From contig JAOZIF010000085.1 of assembly GCA_026014495.1 (NCBI GenBank), positions 1 to 10,249 of the forward strand: a stretch of 10,249 bases of DNA, read 5' to 3'. Below are positions 1-7,341 of the stretch, one piece after another. Each line of letters opens with the position of its first letter. The stretch's first letter is position 1. The DNA is from Candidatus Bathyarchaeum sp. GTDB taxonomy: Archaea; Thermoproteota; Bathyarchaeia; Bathyarchaeales; Bathyarchaeaceae. Position numbers and translations under genes: made by a program. The notes below the pieces were generated by a model. That model did not search any database and was not told the origin of the DNA. It saw only the letters and a program-made list of their open reading frames with translations.

Positions 1-1
1 A

Positions 2-748
2 GGTTTTTCAAAACGTATTGGAAATGGACTTCTGTTGTTTCTACCTTGCATCTGGGGTTCTAAAGAGATTAGCTATCTTATAGAGCATTTTGAAAAACTT
101 ATTTCTGGGTTAATTTCTTATTCAGCAAAACTGGTTGAGGAACCTCCAGACTATATTCAGCAAATTCAGTTTGACAAAGAGAAAGGTGCAAGAGAAGAAA
201 TTGATAGAATTACAGAAAAACAAATAGTTCCCTTAGAAAGACGACTTGAATCCTATAAAGAACTTAAGTCGGTTCTATGGCTCGGTAATAATTCTTTGGT
301 GAAGGCAACTGATAACTTACTAAAAAAAATGGGATTTCAAACAGATATCGATGAGATTGGTGAAGAAGACCTTTGGATTATAAACAACCAAGACAAGTTG
401 ATAATTGTTGAAATTAAGGGATTGAATAAAAATCTAACAAGGCAACACATCTCACAATTAGATGAACATAGAGAAGCAAGGCAAGTACCTAACTTGACTG
501 GATTACTAATTGCTAACACTTTTATGACCGCTGATTCATTGGAACGCAAAGACCAGGCATTCCCACCTAATGTAATTGAAAAAGCTGTAAAGACAAACGT
601 TGTCATTACAAGAACCATTGATTTGTGTAGAATTTTTGATTACCTTGAAGCAAAAGAACAGCCCTCACAACTTCTTCTGGAAAAAATACAGGGAAATACA
701 GGTTGGCTAACAATAAAGGATGGAAAAATCGAAATCATAGGTTCTTGA
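2..748 (+). CDS. PD-(D/E)XK-superfamily (restriction endonuclease/Mrr-like) nuclease-domain protein, 5'-truncated by the window edge
   Basis: The frame is open from base 2 (GFSKRIGNGLLLFLP...), so TTG 35 is probably not the real start. A charged helical segment (EKGAREEIDRITEKQIVPLERRLESY) precedes LKKMGF...EEDLWI...IIVEIKG...ISQL, matching the D...(D/E)xK...Q catalytic pattern (Asp codon 368-370, Glu 410-412, Lys 416-418). Confidence 0.7.
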   Translation, partial: GFSKRIGNGLLLFLPCIWGSKEISYLIEHFEKLISGLISYSAKLVEEPPDYIQQIQFDKEKGAREEIDRITEKQIVPLERRLESYKELKSVLWLGNNSLVKATDNLLKKMGFQTDIDEIGEEDLWIINNQDKLIIVEIKGLNKNLTRQHISQLDEHREARQVPNLTGLLIANTFMTADSLERKDQAFPPNVIEKAVKTNVVITRTIDLCRIFDYLEAKEQPSQLLLEKIQGNTGWLTIKDGKIEIIGS

Positions 749-795
749 GTTCTAGCTCCTCTTTGAAATGTGAGTATACCCATTTTCTTTATTGA

Positions 796-877
796 TTTGG
801 GGTAAATTTTGTTCTCTATTTTACCCCTTATGACTTCTTACTGTTTGGGGTAAAACTAGGGTTCGATTTTACCCTTT
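796..877. repeat. Two tandem palindromic units, GGGTAAA-N13-TTTACCC, 48-bp period
   Basis: Unit 1 arms at 800-806 and 820-826; unit 2 arms at 848-854 and 868-874. Both begin TTTGGGGTAAA and end ATTTTACCC. Confidence 0.85.
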
Positions 878-973
878 GTGTATTCTGATTGAATAGTCAA
901 TTATTCTGATGTCTGACTCCTAGGTCAATTTCTGACTTCAATCAATTTTTCCAGATTGAAATCAGGTTCATAC

Positions 974-1014
974 GCTGACGCTATTTCAGTTTTCATTCTA
1001 CAGCGTCAGCTTTT
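974..1014 (+). terminator. Perfect 9-bp inverted repeat followed by T4; possible terminator or processing hairpin between convergent genes
   Basis: GCTGACGCT (974-982) and AGCGTCAGC (1002-1010), 19-nt loop, then TTTT (1011-1014). The structure is seen directly; the function is inferred. Confidence 0.35.
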
Positions 1015-1020
1015 AGCAAG

Positions 1021-1039
1021 TGGTTGGTTGGTTGGTTGG
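1021..1039. repeat. (TGGT)4.75 microsatellite
   Basis: TGGTTGGTTGGTTGGTTGG read directly, about 40 nt past the DUF4386-like gene stop. Confidence 0.8.
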
Positions 1040-1077
1040 GTAAAATTTTAACTCTCAATATACTTGTTTTTCTTTTA

Positions 1078-1740
1078 TTAGATCAGGGGAGAAATCAGTA
1101 GCCATCCTCCCAAAACTAATTCAAAAATAAAAATTAATAGACCCAAAACGAAGAACATTCTCGCTTTGTCAGGTTTTACAATTATTATTCCGTTAGCAAC
1201 ACCATAAAGGATGCTGGCAACAATTCCAAACCATCCGATGAGTGCTGGTACTGGTACAGCTTCAGAAGTCACAAACAGAATTGAATATGAAAGTGTACCA
1301 ATTGAGAATAGGATTTGTGCAAATGCCAAAACTCGGTTCTTTGTTTTGAGAATACTACGACCTGCTTCAATTAAGGATTGATTTTCAGCGCCACTGCTGG
1401 CTAAGTATTTTCTTGCTATGTCAAGTAACCCCCAGTAGTTCTTTTCATTATAGACGTTGACCAATCCTTCAGTTACTCGAGAGATAGTCCAAATGACAGC
1501 CAGTATTATGTTAAACGAATTAAAAGTAAGAAACAATGTTATGGCAAGTGCAATTATGGTTCCATGTTCTATCAGCGCAAGCATTGTACCAATTTTGAAT
1601 TTTTTAGGATCTTTGTTTATTTCTTTTAGTTTAGTTTCTGAGTCCAAATCGCTTATTACTGAATAACCAAATCTCTCAGCTATAATGAGCGTAATTATTA
1701 TAAACAAAAAGAGAAAACCCGACAAAACCATTTCAATCAT
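1078..1740 (-). CDS. DUF4386-like polytopic membrane protein
   Basis: 220 aa with about 6 hydrophobic segments. Family-like features: an N-terminal TM, L..I....F.IG..L.LI, the SRVTEG motif, and a C-terminal FELVLGGWLL. AAGGCGG lies upstream of the ATG as a possible RBS. Confidence 0.75.
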   Translation of the reverse strand: MIEMVLSGFLFLFIIITLIIAERFGYSVISDLDSETKLKEINKDPKKFKIGTMLALIEHGTIIALAITLFLTFNSFNIILAVIWTISRVTEGLVNVYNEKNYWGLLDIARKYLASSGAENQSLIEAGRSILKTKNRVLAFAQILFSIGTLSYSILFVTSEAVPVPALIGWFGIVASILYGVANGIIIVKPDKARMFFVLGLLIFIFELVLGGWLLISPLI

Positions 1741-1794
1741 GTTTTACCGCCTTTTTTAGAAATTAAGATGTTAGTTGGTTTTTGTTTCTATTCG

Positions 1795-1803
1795 AGATAT
1801 ATA
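1795..1803 (-). promoter_or_regulatory. Possible TATA box (TATATATC on minus strand) for the DUF4386-like gene
   Basis: Lies about 55-60 nt upstream of ATG 1740, consistent with a leadered transcript carrying the GGCGG RBS. Sequence resemblance only. Confidence 0.3.
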
Positions 1804-1889
1804 GCACTTTTTAACATAGTTTTGCTTTCTATTATTTGGAGAAAGTAGAAATCGGAAGTTAGATTTCGGATTGCGGGAGAAATCGACAA

Positions 1890-2987
1890 TTAGGCTATGC
1901 CGATTGTATTGCCGACGCCCACTACAAGAACGGTGCTGCCTTCTTTTGTTCGCTCCCGAATAACCCGACCAATCCTCTTAATGACATCATCAACAGAATT
2001 AGTTACTTTGTCAGTCATCGGCGCCAAAACCTCCTTGAGTGACTGCCGAACAACCATTGCGTACACTGGAATTTTATGTTTGGTGGCAGCTTCTTCTATC
2101 TTGAATTTTTCAACACCAACTCCGCCAATAGCCGCTCCAACACCTTCCACAACATAGCCAGAGTCTTCACCTTCCAGTTTAAGTCCAGCGTCAACCATGA
2201 CTATCATCGACACATTTCCATTCTGCTCTTCAACCAATTTGCCTACTGAATCCCCAACTTTTCCAACAGTTCCGCCTGGACCTTTAGCTTTAGTAACAAA
2301 AACCCGTCTGCCCTCAACACTTACTTCCGCGACAATTGTGTCTTCTGCGAGTTCACGAACAACAGAATCAGCAATCATTTTAGATGCAACTAGAGGACCC
2401 ACTCCATCGCCGATTGGTTTGCCCTGCTTGAAAGCGTCTATAAACGAGAAATATGCTTCTGCTTCTTCCATAATCATGGGAAGCTCCATCTGAATCTGCA
2501 CTGTGTTATAGATGTTGCCTCCCTTTTTTCCAGCCAGATAATGATGCCGAACTGTACGATACAGAGAATTCAATCCTCTAGCGGTTTCCACTAGATTTTG
2601 CAGGTTTTGTATTTGCTTCTCGTCAGCAGAAGGCGCTAATGCTTTAACTTCTTCTTTGACCCGAGTATCAGCGGTGTTAACCAGATGTTCAAGCCTATTA
2701 ACTACTCCCGACGGGTCCATGCTGTTTGGTGAGATAGCAAAAAATTGCAAAAGTGCTTCAATCCTAGGCTTGGGGTCGGTTTCAGGTTTTCCTAACGCAA
2801 CAATCGCTGAAACTGCCTCATCTTTTGCTTTGTCTCGCATAGTCTTTAGCTTGTTTAACGATTTAGACAACTTGCCAAGCATCAGATTGAGCTGTATTTT
2901 TTGAGAGAAAAATGAGAAACCGAAAATAAACACAATGTAAACGATGTTAAGAAGATAACTCAGCATGTTTGAATCCAAAATCGTCAA
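1890..2987 (-). CDS. DUF1512 family archaeal protein (N-terminal TM anchor, helical region, C-terminal alpha/beta domain)
   Basis: 365 aa with family motifs SMDPSG, PIGDGVGPLVA, KAKGPGGTVG, MVDAGLKLEGE, GAAIGG and a terminal VGVGNTIGI. Start is TTG 2987 (10 nt after the padR stop) or ATG 2966. Confidence 0.85.
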   Translation of the reverse strand: MTILDSNMLSYLLNIVYIVFIFGFSFFSQKIQLNLMLGKLSKSLNKLKTMRDKAKDEAVSAIVALGKPETDPKPRIEALLQFFAISPNSMDPSGVVNRLEHLVNTADTRVKEEVKALAPSADEKQIQNLQNLVETARGLNSLYRTVRHHYLAGKKGGNIYNTVQIQMELPMIMEEAEAYFSFIDAFKQGKPIGDGVGPLVASKMIADSVVRELAEDTIVAEVSVEGRRVFVTKAKGPGGTVGKVGDSVGKLVEEQNGNVSMIVMVDAGLKLEGEDSGYVVEGVGAAIGGVGVEKFKIEEAATKHKIPVYAMVVRQSLKEVLAPMTDKVTNSVDDVIKRIGRVIRERTKEGSTVLVVGVGNTIGIA

Positions 2988-2997
2988 CTCACTTTTC

Positions 2998-3591
2998 CTA
3001 TTCTTCTACCTTACCCGAATTATATTCATGTTTCTGTTTTTGCTTAGCTAACTCTGCCAATCTGGTATTCACTGTCTGCAATTCATCTTGCATCATCTTA
3101 ATGCCATGCATAATGCGGTTACGTTTCATTTCAAGCACTTCATGTCTACTCTTTGGCTCTTTTTCAAGAAGTGGCGAAAACGGATTTGGCATCCGAGGGA
3201 ATGGCAATGACTTTGGCTCTAACTCAAAAACTGTTTTAATGTAATCTTCAAAAAGGGCGTTCATGTTGTCAGCAATTTGACTTTGTTTCAAGAGGGCGCG
3301 GTCAAGAATTAGTTTTCCCGTTTCGGTGATGTGATAAATTTTGCGTTTTCTTTTCTGGGGACCCCATTCGCCTTTTATGTAGCCTTCTTGTTCTAGGCTC
3401 TGAAGTGTCGGATATGCGCCCCCAGCGGTTGGTTTCCAGAATCCTTCTGTTCGGTCTTCTACTTCTTTCATCATTTCGTATCCGTGACAGGGTTTTCTGC
3501 TTAAGAGAATCAGGAATGCTATTCTCATGTAACCTTTTTGTGCCTCTTTAAGCCATTTTGTGGCTGTTTTTTCTTCATGTCCGGGGTGCAT
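2998..3591 (-). CDS. PadR family transcriptional regulator with C-terminal helical extension
   Basis: LILLSRKPCHGYEMMKEV...WKPTAGGAYPTLQSLEQEGYI...KRKIYHITETGK is the canonical PadR winged-helix signature. Confidence 0.92.
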   Translation of the reverse strand: MHPGHEEKTATKWLKEAQKGYMRIAFLILLSRKPCHGYEMMKEVEDRTEGFWKPTAGGAYPTLQSLEQEGYIKGEWGPQKRKRKIYHITETGKLILDRALLKQSQIADNMNALFEDYIKTVFELEPKSLPFPRMPNPFSPLLEKEPKSRHEVLEMKRNRIMHGIKMMQDELQTVNTRLAELAKQKQKHEYNSGKVEE

Positions 3592-3621
3592 AGTCTTCAG
3601 GTTCTTTAGATGTAAAAGTAA

Positions 3622-3637
3622 TATTTATATTTTGGTG
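3622..3637 (-). promoter_or_regulatory. TATA box and upstream BRE-like sequence for the padR-DUF1512 transcript
   Basis: The minus strand reads CACCAAAA-TATAAATA, with the TATA ending about 30 nt upstream of ATG 3591. Confidence 0.55.
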
Positions 3638-3662
3638 CGATATATTGCAGTAAAATATATCG
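3638..3662. promoter_or_regulatory. Perfect inverted repeat CGATATATT-N7-AATATATCG; candidate PadR operator
   Basis: Arms at 3638-3646 and 3654-3662, in the 103-bp gap between padR and the divergent ABC operon. The right arm overlaps a TATA-like AAAATATAT. Confidence 0.65.
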
Positions 3663-3694
3663 TGAAGAAGGAACGGGCATTGGAAAGCAACAAC

Positions 3695-4705
3695 ATGATT
3701 GAAGTAAAGAACCTCACAAAGAAGTTCGGCGACTTCATAGCTGTAGACGACATTTCGTTTGAAGTAAAGCAAAGTGAAGTGTTCGGTTTACTTGGTCCAA
3801 ACGGAGCAGGCAAAAGCACAACAATAAGAATGCTGACAACATTGATTCGACCCAACGATGGCACTGCAAAAATTGGAGGATATGACGTAATCAAGCAGGA
3901 CAGCAAAGTCAGGGAACTGATTGGGCTTGTTTCCGAAAAGATGATAATGTATGACCGACTTACAGCAAAAGAGAACCTGAAATTCTTCGGAAAACTCTAC
4001 AATATGCCAGATAGTGTTCTCAACCCAAAAATTGATGAACTTTTAGAAATGCTTAATTTAAGTAAATGGAAAAACTCGAAAGTGGGTACATTCTCGACAG
4101 GCATGAGGCAAAGAATGAATGTAATACGAGCATTACTTAACACGCCTCAAGTATTATTCTTAGATGAACCCACACTGGGATTAGACCCGCAGTCGACAGT
4201 TGAAATCAGAGAGTTCATAAAAAAGCTCAACAGAGAACACAAAACAACAATTATTCTCACCACACACATGATGAACGAGGCTGACCTTCTTTGTGACCGT
4301 ATAGGCATAATAGACAAAGGAAAAATTGTTGCACTCGACACTTCTGCAAACCTTAAAAAAACTATTTCAGGCAACGGAACAACAATCTTGAAACTAGAGA
4401 TTCCAAACCTCACAAGCAGTCTACTTAACACAATACAATCAGTAAAATGCGTTAACTCAGTATCCCAAGAAAACAATTCGCACATAAAAATACACGCAAC
4501 TGGCGACGACGCCTTTGACCTCATAATTGACGCCGTAAGAGCAAAGAAGGGAAAAATAAATTCAATTGAGAAACTGGAACCTACACTTGAAGATGTTTTT
4601 CTAAAAATAACAGGCAGGGAAGTTAGAGATAAAGCAGACAACAAAATAGTCATGAAACATGGACCAGGACCTAAGCGTTTTAGTCAAAAACAGAGGGTAA
4701 GGTGA
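3695..4705 (+). CDS. ABC-2/DrrA-like exporter ATP-binding subunit with C-terminal extension
   Basis: MIEVKNLTKKFG start, Walker A GPNGAGKS, signature FSTGMRQR, Walker B VLFLDE, D-loop PTLGLD, H-loop TTH, and C-terminal PTLEDVFLKITG. The start is set to ATG 3695 (TTG 3680 is an alternative). Confidence 0.95.
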   Translation: MIEVKNLTKKFGDFIAVDDISFEVKQSEVFGLLGPNGAGKSTTIRMLTTLIRPNDGTAKIGGYDVIKQDSKVRELIGLVSEKMIMYDRLTAKENLKFFGKLYNMPDSVLNPKIDELLEMLNLSKWKNSKVGTFSTGMRQRMNVIRALLNTPQVLFLDEPTLGLDPQSTVEIREFIKKLNREHKTTIILTTHMMNEADLLCDRIGIIDKGKIVALDTSANLKKTISGNGTTILKLEIPNLTSSLLNTIQSVKCVNSVSQENNSHIKIHATGDDAFDLIIDAVRAKKGKINSIEKLEPTLEDVFLKITGREVRDKADNKIVMKHGPGPKRFSQKQRVR

Positions 4706-4710
4706 GTAAG

Positions 4711-5901
4711 ATGGGAGCAAAAAGTATGATGTCACATAGTTTCAGAATCGCATGGAAAGACTTGCTTGAGGTTTTCAGAAACCGTATGGGGTTAGTCTTG
4801 CTAATATTGATGCCAATTTTCATGATGGTTATGGTTGGGTACATATATCCATCTGATAGTTCCGTAAGCAACGTGACAGTTGCTTTAGTGAATGAGGATG
4901 TTGGCTATGGCGGTTACACAAATGCCAGCTCAACGTTAATTGCCATTTTGGATACTGTAACCAGCAACACAGACTCGATTACGCTTACTGAGGCGGCAAG
5001 TTTTGATGAATTGAGAACGATGATTCAAAGAGGAGATGCAGATGCAGGCATAGTGATAGCCAGCGATTTCACGACAAGTATAATGAATGGGCAACAAGGA
5101 ACAATCACGCTAGTAACAGACCAGTCTAACATGCAAATGTCCGCAACACTACAAGCTGTACTAGAAGAAGTGTTTGATCAACTGGGAACTGCTTTAGCTC
5201 AACAGAACGTTCAAAACTTAGGTGTTGACCCCAGCAACGCGTTAGCGGTCGTGCAGCCATATAACGTCGAAACCCAAGGAGCTATTGAAGGAGAATTTAC
5301 TTACTTTGATTTTGTAGCACCTGGAATAATAGCAATGACCGTGATGATGAGCGTAATGACTGGGCTTCCTGTGGCAATCTCTGAAGAGCGAGAAAGTGGC
5401 ACACTTGATGGAATGATGGTGGCGCCCATTAGCAGAACAGCAGTAATACTTGGAAAAACGCTTGCCCAGATTGGCAGAGGTCTACTACAAGGGCTAATTA
5501 TCATTGCAATAGCTGTAACGATATTTGGTGTTACTATTCACGGAAACATCTTGTTAGTGTTCGCATTGCTGCTGTTGTGTGTGTTTAGCTTTGTTGGTTT
5601 AGGCATTGTGCTAACGTCGTTCACCAAAGACCAAGAAACAGCCACGATGTTAATGTCAACAATAATGTTCCCGATGATGTTCCTTAGCGGAGTATTCTTC
5701 CCAGTAGAACAGATGCCATGGTTTATGCAAGCAATCTCAAAGTGTCTTCCCTTGACATATGTTGCCGATTCACTACGAAAAGTCATGATTCTTGGCGCAG
5801 ACATAACCATGCTGACAACAGAACTAGCGATACTGATTGGCTTTGGAACAGTTATGATTGCAGTAGCTGTGCCTGTGTTCAAAAAAGCAATAACCAGCTA
5901 A
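4711..5901 (+). CDS. ABC-2 type exporter permease with a large extracytoplasmic loop
   Basis: N-terminal TM, about 150-aa soluble loop, then YFDFVAPGII, ERESGTLDGMMVAPI, FLSGVFFP and LPLTY motifs. GGTGA (4701-4705, containing the ATPase stop) is an RBS 5 nt before ATG 4711; GTG 4702 is the alternative start. Confidence 0.93.
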   Translation: MGAKSMMSHSFRIAWKDLLEVFRNRMGLVLLILMPIFMMVMVGYIYPSDSSVSNVTVALVNEDVGYGGYTNASSTLIAILDTVTSNTDSITLTEAASFDELRTMIQRGDADAGIVIASDFTTSIMNGQQGTITLVTDQSNMQMSATLQAVLEEVFDQLGTALAQQNVQNLGVDPSNALAVVQPYNVETQGAIEGEFTYFDFVAPGIIAMTVMMSVMTGLPVAISEERESGTLDGMMVAPISRTAVILGKTLAQIGRGLLQGLIIIAIAVTIFGVTIHGNILLVFALLLLCVFSFVGLGIVLTSFTKDQETATMLMSTIMFPMMFLSGVFFPVEQMPWFMQAISKCLPLTYVADSLRKVMILGADITMLTTELAILIGFGTVMIAVAVPVFKKAITS

Positions 5902-5930
5902 AACAGCCTTAAACAGACAGGAATATAAGA

Positions 5931-5982
5931 GCCGTAAATAGTCCAACCACTTGGTTGGTTTACACGGCACCCACAGTTTTTT
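5931..5982 (+). terminator. Extended imperfect hairpin plus T6 downstream of the ABC permease
   Basis: Core CCAACC-ACTT-GGTTGG (5943-5958), outer pairing GTAAA/TTTAC (5934-5938, 5959-5963) and GCC/GGC, then TTTTTT at 5977-5982. Confidence 0.5.
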
Positions 5983-6078
5983 ATAAATTAGATTTTTGGA
6001 GCAAAAATAAAACTGAAATTGCAAATGGTTCCCAAAACCGCCTTAAGTTACGATTCTGATTTGTTAAATGTAGCAGTT

Positions 6079-6107
6079 AACTTATTCCGAATGAGTTCAT
6101 TTTATAT
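6079..6107 (+). promoter_or_regulatory. 19-bp palindromic operator (copy 1) plus TATA-like box
   Basis: AACTTATTC-C-GAATGAGTT (6079-6097) is one mismatch from a perfect palindrome and is followed by TTTTATAT (6100-6107), upstream of the 4-TM/wHTH gene pair. Confidence 0.7.
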
Positions 6108-6200
6108 TTGTCTTGCACTTCACGTAAGCCGTTTATACGGGTTTATTGGGAGTAGACAGCGTTGCGTGAACGAGACAATCCACCAAATGGAGCGACAGAC

Positions 6201-6875
6201 ATGACAGACATGATTACCGAGGAGCATGTTGTCTCAAAAGTCCAAGAACTAATGGAGACGCTTGACAGCATCAAAAGATACAACGCATTTGCCACTTCGC
6301 TGAAAAAATTTACGATTATAATCGTTGGATTCATGACTATTTTCTCCATTATTGTCGGGCTTATTGACTTTTATAACCTAAGTAATACCCTTGAGAGACC
6401 CATCTTTTTTTCAATATCTTCACTAGCGCTTCTTATTCCAATAAGTGGAATCATAGCTGGAATCTTGTTTGTGAGAAGAAACGTTAACGCCGTTAAAACA
6501 GAAGAATGGAAAGAAGAGCTTTCGCAGGGTTTTCCATCAGCATTAAAGATGCTAATTGAATTGGATTGGAATGAAACGTTTAATGAAATTTCAATGGGAA
6601 AGATAAGTTATGTCTTGTATGGTTTGATGAAAACAGTTGCGTATTGGATTGTTACTTTTTTTGCATTAAGACTTATTGGAACTGCTTTTTCCATTTACTT
6701 TTTTCAGCGCGTAGAGTCTGTGAGCTGGTTTGTCTTGGGTGTGCTCGCCCTTTTGATTGTTCTGTTCACTTTAGGTAACGACCTTCTGAAGCGATACAAG
6801 GAGATTCTTTCACTAGACATGCTCCTTATGGAGTTACGGTGGTTTAGCTTTGAATTCAGAAAAGCCGAGTTCTAA
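6201..6875 (+). CDS. Hypothetical membrane protein, about 4 TM helices in two pairs
   Basis: Long ORF with two hydrophobic hairpins separated by a charged 45-aa linker, and charged helices at both termini. GGAG (6189-6192) lies before ATG 6201; TTG 6162 and ATG 6210 are alternatives. No family recognised. Confidence 0.8.
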   Translation: MTDMITEEHVVSKVQELMETLDSIKRYNAFATSLKKFTIIIVGFMTIFSIIVGLIDFYNLSNTLERPIFFSISSLALLIPISGIIAGILFVRRNVNAVKTEEWKEELSQGFPSALKMLIELDWNETFNEISMGKISYVLYGLMKTVAYWIVTFFALRLIGTAFSIYFFQRVESVSWFVLGVLALLIVLFTLGNDLLKRYKEILSLDMLLMELRWFSFEFRKAEF

Positions 6876-7146
6876 ACCTGACCTTTATGTCATAGCTCGA
6901 ATAATTAAGGTCTTAAAAGATAAGCGTAAGCTAAACCGGACTGCACTTGCAACTTCTACTGGACTTGCCTATGACAAGCTTGTAAATTATCTTGGTTGGA
7001 TGTCTGAAAGAAAATTCGTTGAAATAGATGATAATGGAGACGTGAAGCTGACAAAAGCAGGAAACGAGGCATACAATGAGCTTGTGCAGTGGATAATGAA
7101 GTATGTAGGTCAACTCAGGTTTCCTAGGCTACGTCCAAGAACCTAG
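6850..7146 (+). CDS. Small winged helix-turn-helix regulator (ArnR1-like/HTH_45, COG3432-like)
   Basis: 98 aa. LNRTALATSTGLAYDKLVNYLGWMSERKFVE...VKLTKAGNE matches the T.l...NL.y....YL..L...G.I...LT.KG pattern. The TTG start overlaps the upstream gene by 26 nt. Confidence 0.85.
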   Translation: MNSEKPSSKPDLYVIARIIKVLKDKRKLNRTALATSTGLAYDKLVNYLGWMSERKFVEIDDNGDVKLTKAGNEAYNELVQWIMKYVGQLRFPRLRPRT

Positions 7147-7164
7147 CTTATGGCTTGTAATCAA

Positions 7165-7204
7165 AACTCCCTCGGAATGAGTTCGCCTTTTAAGTTGCCC
7201 CTAA
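7165..7204 (+). promoter_or_regulatory. 40-bp direct repeat copy A: operator copy 2 plus TTTTAA TATA-like box
   Basis: AACTCCCTCGGAATGAGTTCGCCTTTTAAGTTGCCCCTAA, 37/40 identical to 7719-7758. Confidence 0.8.
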
Positions 7205-7251
7205 GTGGTTATGGCAAAGAGATAGCAGGTCACCAATCTTAAACCTCAAAA

Positions 7252-7335
7252 ATGAAAACTACAAACGTGTCAGTTTTCTGCAATCAAGAGTGCCAAGAAA
7301 AGGGTACCGCGCTATGTCAAAACAATTTAAGGTGA
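7252..7335 (+). CDS. Possible 27-aa cysteine-containing peptide MKTTNVSVFCNQECQEKGTALCQNNLR (not in ORF track)
   Basis: First ATG after the start site predicted from the 7188-7193 TATA-like box. Its TGA lies inside the GGTGA RBS of the next gene. It is short enough to be chance. Confidence 0.3.
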   Translation: MKTTNVSVFCNQECQEKGTALCQNNLR

Positions 7336-7341
7336 ACTAAA

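Noticed and set aside
796-877. CRISPR mini-array
   Set aside because: Only two units, the variable part lies inside the palindrome, the gap between units is about 14 nt, and no cas gene is recognisable.
949-966. TTCCAGATTGAAATCAGG as an ORB/mini-ORB replication-origin box
   Set aside because: TCCA-to-GAAA spacing is 4 nt rather than the usual 3, there is no G-string, it is a single copy, and no cdc6/orc1 gene is in the window.
1017-1027. CCAACCACTTG (minus strand) identical to 5943-5953, both 40-50 nt after a stop codon
   Set aside because: An 11-nt low-complexity match is near chance expectation for this much AC-rich intergenic DNA.
1825-1885. Short inverted repeats CTTTCT/AGAAAG and GAAATC/GATTTC, and direct repeat AGAAATCG
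   Set aside because: Arms of 6-8 bp in AT-rich DNA are too weak to call.
3560-3694. N-terminal extension of the first ABC ATPase in the ORF track
   Set aside because: It overlaps the padR start and the divergent promoter/operator region, and homology-like sequence begins at MIEVKNL (3695).
7211-7340. Micro-ORFs MAKR (7211-7225) and MSKQFKVN (7314-7340)
   Set aside because: Too short to distinguish from chance, and 7211 is probably upstream of the inferred TSS.
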